The notes under the pieces: model-generated
Database searches by the model: none
Seen by the model: the letters and a program-made list of their open reading frames with translations, nothing else
What the model was told of the DNA's origin: nothing
Position numbers and translations under genes: made by a program
Assembly (NCBI GenBank): GCA_046314355.1
Contig: JBKBWQ010000001.1
Location: forward strand, 704,001-768,000
Direction of reading: 5' to 3'
Origin: Candidatus Altimarinota bacterium
Lineage (GTDB): Bacteria; Patescibacteriota; Gracilibacteria; 1-14-2-50-48-13
Length of the DNA stretch: 64,000 nt
Part shown: piece after piece, positions 57,060 to 64,000 of the stretch
How the letters are laid out: each line of letters starts with the position of its first letter
Position numbering within the stretch: position 1 is the stretch's first letter

Positions 57060-58622
57060 TTAGTTGTGTTGAACTTTAGTACTAGCAAAGTTTTTGCTTA
57101 TTTTCTTCAGAGCTTCCATCTGAGTAAGTAAAGCCTGCAGTTCTTCAGTCAAATGTGTAAGCTGTCCACCGATCACTTCTTCATAATCAGTGAGATTCTT
57201 GGCATTGATTTGCTGCGTTTGAAGTTTTATAGCTAACTCTTTGGTTTCCTTCTGTTTAGCTAGCATATTGGCATATTGAGCTGCATAATCACCAGAAGCA
57301 ATATTTGCAGGTGCGACCGCATCAGAAGCATTATTACTACCTGCTACAGCATTCCACATCTTTCCAAGCAGTCCAATAAGATCAGGATCAGTAAAGTCTG
57401 CCTTATCCACCCTAGGAACGATAGGAACCCATGAAATCTGCAGAAAGTTATCCGGCACTTCAAACTTTAAGTCCTGCCACCCAAAGCTAAAGATAGCCCG
57501 AGGTTCATTTTTCAGCTGCAGATTCTGTGCAGAGAGCTCTGATGTAGCATCAGAAAGCTTTGTAAGACTTGTTCTCAATGCAGGACTATCTAGGCCTACT
57601 CGTCTTGTGGTAAACATAGTGCCTGCTTCATCAGCAAATCCTGTTTGAAAATAGACTTTAATACAGAAAGATTCCCAAAGACAATTCCACTTATCTAAGT
57701 TTTCAACAGTCCCATTTATACTTTGCTGAGCATCATTCAGGATTTTTTGAGCAGCACTCAGAATATTTGATGTATCTTTTTTTAGAACAGCTTCGTTGTC
57801 AAAAGATGGATCTGGTGTAGTCTTTGCTCTTTCAAAACGTGCAAAACTCTTTGAAATAGCTTCCTTCTCCGGCTCAGAGAAGGTCTGCGTACTAGCTGTC
57901 ACAGGAGCTGCACCGGGCAATGGACAAAATCCAAGAGTATTCGGATCAGTATTTGAGAAAGAAAAACTCTTCATAGTATCCGCAAGGCTTGAAGCGGGTA
58001 CTTGTACATACTCAGGTTTATACCAGTTTCCTGTGAGATATTTTGCATCTGGAGATATATCCCTTGTCCATCCTGGAAGTTCTCGGTCCTTTGCACCATT
58101 AATTTTTTCCTTCAATAGTGCGATATCGTTCAAAAGATCAAATCCTGAATTTTTGGTATCGCCGTCAGAAAATACATTTTGATACCGTATGCTTGAAATT
58201 TTCTGTCCAAAGCGCTCATTTAAGGCAGTAATTTCCTCACATTTTTTCTGATAATGTGTACTGTCATTAATTCCCTGAGTAGTTCCCTGCACACTTGATA
58301 CCCCACCTGCAGTTTTCGGCAGACAGTTTTGAGGTAGAAGGCGTGAGAGAGCACTATCTGTAAATTTTGTCAGTCCTTCTTTTCTATCATGTTCAAGCAG
58401 ACGCTGCATTTCGATCATAGTCTGTTTTGGAACAAATTCACGCACCTCCTTATCTATTCTGAAATACTGAGATTTCAGAGGAGAGTCCAGTAATGAAACC
58501 CCTGGGGTATTCTTTAGAAGAGCAAATAGTTTATCATCTTGTTCATCTGCAAAAGCAGTATGAGAAAACAATACTCCGATTCCAAGGACGATACCTAGTT
58601 GTAGAAGTAGTTTATATGACAT
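57060..58622 (-). CDS. Secreted helical hypothetical protein
   Basis: Start at ATG 58622 (MSYKLLLQLG...AFA-DE signal peptide); C-terminal coiled coil. Confidence 0.7.
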   Translation of the reverse strand: MSYKLLLQLGIVLGIGVLFSHTAFADEQDDKLFALLKNTPGVSLLDSPLKSQYFRIDKEVREFVPKQTMIEMQRLLEHDRKEGLTKFTDSALSRLLPQNCLPKTAGGVSSVQGTTQGINDSTHYQKKCEEITALNERFGQKISSIRYQNVFSDGDTKNSGFDLLNDIALLKEKINGAKDRELPGWTRDISPDAKYLTGNWYKPEYVQVPASSLADTMKSFSFSNTDPNTLGFCPLPGAAPVTASTQTFSEPEKEAISKSFARFERAKTTPDPSFDNEAVLKKDTSNILSAAQKILNDAQQSINGTVENLDKWNCLWESFCIKVYFQTGFADEAGTMFTTRRVGLDSPALRTSLTKLSDATSELSAQNLQLKNEPRAIFSFGWQDLKFEVPDNFLQISWVPIVPRVDKADFTDPDLIGLLGKMWNAVAGSNNASDAVAPANIASGDYAAQYANMLAKQKETKELAIKLQTQQINAKNLTDYEEVIGGQLTHLTEELQALLTQMEALKKISKNFASTKVQHN

Positions 58623-58623
58623 A

Positions 58624-59595
58624 TTATTTACCTTTATTTTTATCTCCGTCCACGGAGGAATTTGGAAGTTTATAGCGCAGCTGATCCATGACTCGAGCCA
58701 TTCTATCAAATTGAGTAGTGGTTTCTTTTAGCTGCTTCTTCATGTAGGTGTATTGAAGATGCTGAGGGTAGCTTAGAAAAAATTCCTGATACCACTCCAG
58801 CATGTTGTCATCTACCATATCAGCAAGCTTACTTTCCTGAGCTTTAAACGTAGTCAGGTTTACTCCTGATAGTGCTGCTCCAAGGTTTGTACCACCAGAG
58901 GTATTCTTTTGTTCTTTAGGCGCGTTATTTGAAAGGATAGTCAGAGCATCCTTGTAGTTTCTTGTTTCATAAAACAGACGGAAACGCAGTATAGTAAGAG
59001 GATTTTCTTCATCAGGAATCGCTACTTCTGCCGGAGAGCTACCTGCCGCTTTCTTCTTGTCCTCTGCCTGCTTGACCCGGAATTCACTCACACTTTTCTT
59101 TATACCTGCACGCTCAGCATCAGTATACTGAAAAGAATATTCAGGAAGATCCTTATCTGATGCCTGCTTTTTACCAAGATTCTCACAAATACCTGCAGAA
59201 GCATCTCCCCCATCAAGCACTGCTAGAGCAGAACATATCTGGTATTGAGTAAAATAAATATCCTTCGCTATTGTTGCAGAAAGATTCAAACACTCAGCAG
59301 ACATGGAATATGGTTTTGGATCAAACTCATCAGGAGTAAGTACTTTACTCATCTTATTGTCGTAATAGTATTGTACCGCAAGAACCGAAGCATCCACATA
59401 ACAGCTTTGCGCCTGTGCATGATAATTTCTTAGGTATTGAAATTTGGTAGAAGTATCAAAACCTGCGTCCAAAATTCTACTATATCCATCTCCTCTTGGT
59501 GGTTCTACGGCTTTCGAAGTAGAAAAAGCATTATATGAGAGTAATGTACATTGCAGAATACCTATAATAAAAATTGTTTTTGTTGTGAGTTTCAT
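58624..59595 (-). CDS. Secreted helical hypothetical protein
   Basis: Signal peptide; Cys pairs; C-terminal amphipathic helix YPQHLQY...QLRYKLP. Confidence 0.7.
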   Translation of the reverse strand: MKLTTKTIFIIGILQCTLLSYNAFSTSKAVEPPRGDGYSRILDAGFDTSTKFQYLRNYHAQAQSCYVDASVLAVQYYYDNKMSKVLTPDEFDPKPYSMSAECLNLSATIAKDIYFTQYQICSALAVLDGGDASAGICENLGKKQASDKDLPEYSFQYTDAERAGIKKSVSEFRVKQAEDKKKAAGSSPAEVAIPDEENPLTILRFRLFYETRNYKDALTILSNNAPKEQKNTSGGTNLGAALSGVNLTTFKAQESKLADMVDDNMLEWYQEFFLSYPQHLQYTYMKKQLKETTTQFDRMARVMDQLRYKLPNSSVDGDKNKGK

Positions 59596-59604
59596 AGTTG
59601 TAGA

Positions 59605-60276
59605 TTATTGACCTGCGTTTTGACCGGTAATCAGATAATTAACTCCTTGGATTATCTTATCTAGCCGCCCCCTTACTATTTCAAAATCCTCATTGAAGCT
59701 TCTCAGAGCAAGATTGAGATCCTCAATAGCCTTTGCATAAGCATAGGTCTTTTTAGTATTCATATCCCAGCTCGCAAAACTTAGAATGATATTCTCATAC
59801 TTCTCCCGTATATTTTCAACCTTTAATATACACTGATCCCGCAGTGTCTTTCTTTGGAGCTCATTTGTATTATTCAAAGGGCTTTTATCAGTTGGGGCTA
59901 CCTTTTCAGGACGGCATGCAGTAACTCTCTGGCTTGCAGGGATAGGAGCGTCTGGACTGAGATTTCTCTGGCATATTTCTTCAGCATCCGTAGTGAGATT
60001 GATGAGACCAGTTTTAGCACGTATGAGAAGCTCCATAGTGGGAACATCTGCAAACTGACCATACTCTGTCAGGGTGCCCTCAAAAGCAGTGGTCCTTTGA
60101 GCAAAGATAGTATCTATGCCAGCACTGCATTTCTGAGCCTCAGGACTGAATGCCTGAGCATTTTGAGTTACAGGCGTATCCTGTGCTTTGACCGACTGCA
60201 CCAAAAAAAACAATACCACAAGTACCTGTAGAAAAATAATCGCGGCTAGAGAAAGTTGTTGGAAAAATTTACCCAT
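59605..60276 (-). CDS. Secreted helical hypothetical protein
   Basis: Signal peptide (VKA-QD); four Cys; C-terminal heptad helix. Confidence 0.7.
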   Translation of the reverse strand: MGKFFQQLSLAAIIFLQVLVVLFFLVQSVKAQDTPVTQNAQAFSPEAQKCSAGIDTIFAQRTTAFEGTLTEYGQFADVPTMELLIRAKTGLINLTTDAEEICQRNLSPDAPIPASQRVTACRPEKVAPTDKSPLNNTNELQRKTLRDQCILKVENIREKYENIILSFASWDMNTKKTYAYAKAIEDLNLALRSFNEDFEIVRGRLDKIIQGVNYLITGQNAGQ

Positions 60277-60342
60277 AGAATATGTAGAAATACATTCATA
60301 CTATTTTATCAAAGGCAAAGCTAAAAAGCCATTACTCCCCCT

Positions 60343-61059
60343 TTACAAATTGTTGTATTTCTCGAAGAAGATATGTTCTTTCATAATTCCCTGGGATAAA
60401 AGAAGATTTTTCACATCGTCGATCATACTTCCGCTTCCACAAATATAGAAATCCGTATCTTCCGCATGTTCATTATTTTTCTCAAGATAATGAGTCACTC
60501 GTCCTACAAAGTTACTGCACTCTCCTTCAGGTCTTGAGACGCAAGGAGCAAAAGTAAAATGCTCTCCTTCCTTTGAAGAAAAGTACTCTATGTAGCAGAG
60601 ATCCTTCAAAAAACTCACTCCAAAAAGCAAAGTTGAATGTCTCGTATCTCCTTTACTCCACATATCCTCGAGCATGGCTTTGAAAGGTGCAACTCCAGTG
60701 CCTGTAGCAATAAATACAATAGGATGGTCATTCTGCTGAAGAGTAAACCTTCCCGCCGGTCCCACAAACTGAATACTCTCTCCTATTTGAATATGCGGGA
60801 AATACCCATCTGTCGCTCTTCCCTCGGGAATACGCTTGTAGCATAGCTCAAATCTTCTACTGCTGTCAGGACCAGAGGAAATAGAATACTGACGCATCAC
60901 CATCTTCTCATCCTCATGTCGTGCCGGAACCTCTATAGATACAAACTGCCCTGCCTGGTATGAAAAATCAAACTGTGGTGGTACCTCAAATACAAGCTCA
61001 AAAACATCATCTGTTAATACTCTCCTTTCAACCAATACTGCTTCTTTCTTAAAAGACAT
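60343..61059 (-). CDS. FAD/NAD(P)-binding oxidoreductase (ferredoxin-NADP reductase-like)
   Basis: AGQF, RQYSISS, GPAGRF, IATGTGVAPF, YICGSG, FFEKY; start ATG 61059. Confidence 0.9.
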   Translation of the reverse strand: MSFKKEAVLVERRVLTDDVFELVFEVPPQFDFSYQAGQFVSIEVPARHEDEKMVMRQYSISSGPDSSRRFELCYKRIPEGRATDGYFPHIQIGESIQFVGPAGRFTLQQNDHPIVFIATGTGVAPFKAMLEDMWSKGDTRHSTLLFGVSFLKDLCYIEYFSSKEGEHFTFAPCVSRPEGECSNFVGRVTHYLEKNNEHAEDTDFYICGSGSMIDDVKNLLLSQGIMKEHIFFEKYNNL

Positions 61060-61132
61060 AGTCCATGTACATAAAATAAGTACGGACATAGTAGCAAAAG
61101 AGGGAGAAGGGATCAAGGGGGGAATTGGGGAA

Positions 61133-61256
61133 AGGCTCGATGATTAGGGCTCATTATTGGGCTCAATCATTAGGGGCTCTTATAATTGGGCTGCAATAAT
61201 TGAGCTCAATTATTTAATTATTGAGTCCAATTATGTGCGCCCAATTACCGAGCCCT
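61133..61256. repeat. Modular palindromic intergenic element, copy G
   Basis: Core at 61197-61212; right arm TTATTGAGTCCAATTATGTGCGCCCAATTACCGAGCCCT ends 2 nt from a stop codon. Confidence 0.9.
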
Positions 61257-61258
61257 TT

Positions 61259-62245
61259 CTACATCGTGAAAAACAATCCATTCACCGTTGTCAGAAAGAG
61301 CTTAATAAGGAATAGGAGTGCGAGTCCCATAAGCACCTGCTGAAGCTGCTTATAGACTTTTTTAACTGCCTCTTCCCCGCTACCTCCTCCTTTATACATA
61401 ATCTCTACTCCGCAATAAATGATCATTCCTACACCAGCGGCAATAAGAAACGGCTGGATCAGAAAGAAGAAATACCCCACAAGGCTGAAAATAATATCAA
61501 ATCCTCCCGTAGTCTTAAGAGCGATAGCATTACAGTATTTCACGTTACCTGCTTCCGATGCCTTCTTTACATCAATAAACGGCTTTGGAGTTTTACCATC
61601 AAGTGTCACTCCGGTAGAGTATCCGCCATCGGGTATGATACTGATACAGAGTGCATTTGTAGTAGCCTTGATAGTCTCAAGAGACACTGGATCAATAAAC
61701 TCCTGACATGCATATGAGCTTGCCTCAGTATTTATAGTATTACTTGTTCCTGTAGCTGCAGTATTTCGCTCTCCGGCTCTTACTGCTAATTCAAACAATT
61801 CGCAGGGTCCCATGAGCAGTTTTTTGGTACAAGAGATTACTCCTGATTTATTACTTCCAGTGATTCCAGGAGAGCTGCAAATTCCCTCATTACCAAAAAT
61901 CTGCTGAGGTTTTTGACAAGAGTTCGCTTGACCTGGGTTTGGATCACAACCAATTTTAGTCTGCATTAGTGGTGTATTTTCAATATCATTCAGCTCTTGT
62001 CTTGCTTGATCAAACATAGCATCGGCTTCTCTCGCAGCTCGATCGAGTGAAGTACCTTCAAAAGATGTATCCATTCCAGATATGCCAGATCCAAGGCTAT
62101 TAATATTGCTAGAGGACTGGTCAAAACCATTTTGAAAAAACGCGGCTTTTGTCGTAAAGTTATTTAAAGAAAGTGTACTAACTATTGTAAATACTATTAA
62201 AAGAAAAATTCTCGAACATAATGTGATACTCTTTGTTTTCATCAT
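61259..62245 (-). CDS. Pilin-like protein (VirB2/TrbC-type C-terminal two-TM unit) with a Cys-rich N-terminal domain
   Basis: Signal peptide, about ten Cys, C-terminal GVGMIIYCGVEIM...KKVYKQL...GLALL pattern. Confidence 0.6.
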   Translation of the reverse strand: MMKTKSITLCSRIFLLIVFTIVSTLSLNNFTTKAAFFQNGFDQSSSNINSLGSGISGMDTSFEGTSLDRAAREADAMFDQARQELNDIENTPLMQTKIGCDPNPGQANSCQKPQQIFGNEGICSSPGITGSNKSGVISCTKKLLMGPCELFELAVRAGERNTAATGTSNTINTEASSYACQEFIDPVSLETIKATTNALCISIIPDGGYSTGVTLDGKTPKPFIDVKKASEAGNVKYCNAIALKTTGGFDIIFSLVGYFFFLIQPFLIAAGVGMIIYCGVEIMYKGGGSGEEAVKKVYKQLQQVLMGLALLFLIKLFLTTVNGLFFTM

Positions 62246-62688
62246 GTAGTCTGCAAAAAGCTAAATACAACTCTCGCAATCGTAAAAGAAGAGAAGGAGA
62301 CTATTATACCAATCACAGCATTCTTGATCGCAGTCTGCCCTTTCTTGTTGTCTTTTCCTTGGTTGAGAATGTACTGATATCCTGCATAAATGATCCCCAG
62401 AAGCCCTAAGGTTCCTAAGATATTAAAGAAAAAACCAAGCATGTACTGAAGATAAAAAATGACATCTTCAAGTCCCATACGTCCGCACTTGATCTTCAAT
62501 GCAAGCCATTTACTTGGATGCGGATCTACTTTTAAACGGTTAATCAGCTCAATACAGTTCGCAGGTACATCTCCTCCCAAGTCCTGAGTCGGAAGAATAG
62601 ACGTAGCAATAGCCGATGCAGATGGCATCGAAGCAGTATTCAGCAGACAGAGCGAGACAAGGAATGAAAAGAGAAAACGCTTGAACAT
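62242..62688 (-). CDS. VirB2/TrbC-type pilin-like protein
   Basis: Signal peptide; LGIIYAGYQYI...KKGQTAIKNAVIGIIV; ATGA coupling to the next gene. Confidence 0.7.
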   Translation of the reverse strand: MFKRFLFSFLVSLCLLNTASMPSASAIATSILPTQDLGGDVPANCIELINRLKVDPHPSKWLALKIKCGRMGLEDVIFYLQYMLGFFFNILGTLGLLGIIYAGYQYILNQGKDNKKGQTAIKNAVIGIIVSFSSFTIARVVFSFLQTT

Positions 62689-62748
62689 GAATGGAATGAG
62701 AAACTGAGATTCTCTTTAGTATACCAGAAAGGAAGAGAAAGTGGAAGG

Positions 62749-62896
62749 GGGCAATAATTGGGCTCAATAATTAAGGCTCGTTATTGTGCTCTTGTTATTG
62801 GACTCAATAATTAGGGGCTCATTATTGGGCTGCACGAATTGAGCTCAATTACTTAATTATTGAGTCCAATTATGTGCACCCAATTACTTGAGCCCT
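62749..62896. repeat. Modular palindromic intergenic element, copy H
   Basis: Core AATTGAGCTCAATT at 62837-62850; right arm nearly identical to copy G; ends 1 nt from a stop codon. Confidence 0.9.
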
Positions 62897-62897
62897 C

Positions 62898-64000
62898 TTA
62901 CTCCCGTATCCCTATCACAACCTTTATAGGTCCTGCGCTATCCTGTGCTATACCAATTCCAATATCTGCTCCCGGCATTGTTTTTGAGAGGATATCTACT
63001 ACCTTTTTTTCTACTCCGGCGAGGGAGTCGGAAGCTACTACGTTTGCTACATAGGATCCGTTGCCTCCTTTATTGAGTAATTCTTCCAAAAGGGATTTTC
63101 CATTTAATTTAAAGCTAAGGACATGTGCCTCAGCAAGATCTTCCGCCCAATCCTGTGTCACGGTTGTGAGGACATCAGATATTTGAAGATTCTTACCGCT
63201 AGTATTTACTTGTGCAATCCACTTCGTGCGGAGGTCATTCACTGGGAACGCAGATAAAGGCTTCGCAGAAAATCCTTGAGCGATATAGACGATATTATCC
63301 TTCTGCGCAAAGCCAAATCCGGCAATCTCCACATCTGCATTCAAAATATTTTCCAAATGCGAAGGACTATGACGAAGCTCAAGATAAGCAGAGAGTATCC
63401 CTTCTGAACTATAGGCGATGTTCTCAGCCACACTTGGGTAAAAACCATACTTATATTTTAGATCATTTACACTTTTACCCTCAGGATCATAATGTGAAAA
63501 GTAATCCCGCGCCACTAAGTCATCTGCACGGGCAGTCATGATAGTATCCAGAGTTTGCGCAGGCTCAAGCATCTTTAGTCCTGATCGTGCTCTATCTTCG
63601 TTGATCCATTGGAGCATCTTACTTCTTGCTAGAGTTAGGTCGTTAGGATCAGTCTTATTATTTGCCACAAAGTCACTAGAGAGAGTGAATACATCCTGTG
63701 TTCTATACATATCTAGGTAGACAATCTTTCCATCAGGTCGGATGATTTCAAAAATATAACTTCCAGACTTAGGAATTGTATAACTCTTATTGAAGAATGT
63801 TCCAGCTTTTACCGTCTCATCATCTGCATCTACAAGTTTTTCTTTCTTGAATACTCCATCAGAAGTGAGTGTAAAAAATTCATTTTTTAGATCAACCAAT
63901 GCCTTTCCTTTAAATTGAAGAGTCTCTCCAGTAGTTACAATCTCACTTTCCTTATTGTCGATCTGCAGATTATTTGAGAGAAATACAGGATTGAATCCTG
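62898..64000 (-). CDS. CAP (SCP/PR-1) domain surface protein; 5' end lies outside the window
   Basis: INEDRARSGL, RDYFSHYDPEG, AENIA, SPSHLENIL; frame open to the window end. Confidence 0.85.
   Translation of the reverse strand, partial: GFNPVFLSNNLQIDNKESEIVTTGETLQFKGKALVDLKNEFFTLTSDGVFKKEKLVDADDETVKAGTFFNKSYTIPKSGSYIFEIIRPDGKIVYLDMYRTQDVFTLSSDFVANNKTDPNDLTLARSKMLQWINEDRARSGLKMLEPAQTLDTIMTARADDLVARDYFSHYDPEGKSVNDLKYKYGFYPSVAENIAYSSEGILSAYLELRHSPSHLENILNADVEIAGFGFAQKDNIVYIAQGFSAKPLSAFPVNDLRTKWIAQVNTSGKNLQISDVLTTVTQDWAEDLAEAHVLSFKLNGKSLLEELLNKGGNGSYVANVVASDSLAGVEKKVVDILSKTMPGADIGIGIAQDSAGPIKVVIGIRE

Noticed and set aside
8116-62896. Replichore-polarised (KOPS/Ter-like) role because element polarity flips across dnaA
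   Set aside because: Only one polar copy lies left of dnaA, and polarity is explained equally well by the direction of the upstream gene; there is no evidence that oriC is here.
1-64000. Genetic code 25 (UGA=Gly)
   Set aside because: Conserved Gly-rich genes (obgE, ddl, cysS, dnaA) are full length in code 11 with no in-frame TGA.

Overview
AT-rich bacterial chromosomal window read in the standard code, with about 63 credible CDSs and 3 tRNAs (Asn-GTT, Leu-TAA, Pro-TGG). The gene content suggests Patescibacteria/CPR, most like Peregrinibacteria or relatives; this is inference from several SLH-domain surface proteins, VirB2/TrbC-type pilin-like genes, a TRM11-like methyltransferase and start codons mostly lacking a Shine-Dalgarno motif. 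Core genes: pyrH-frr-rseP, obgE-pth, rny, a DHH phosphoesterase, dnaA (not followed by dnaN), infC-rpmI-rplT, cysS, engB, ddl and def. Accessory content: a large Ig/beta-propeller/FN3/SLH surface protein, a MarR-ABC exporter, a STAS plus anti-sigma kinase module just upstream of dnaA, a stress-gene patch around tRNA-Pro, and an operon of five uncharacterised secreted helical proteins near two pilin-like genes. The most striking non-coding signal is a family of eight dispersed, modular, quasi-palindromic intergenic elements of 60-150 bp. They are built from ~13-15 bp units (TAATTGGGCTCAA-like) arranged head-to-head around a TAATTGAGCTCAATTA core, and typically start at a stop codon and end just before the next sigma70-like promoter. 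Two further tRNA-linked repeat motifs occur, one forming an inverted pair around a 5.4 kb segment. No CRISPR array, integrase, transposase or reverse transcriptase is visible.
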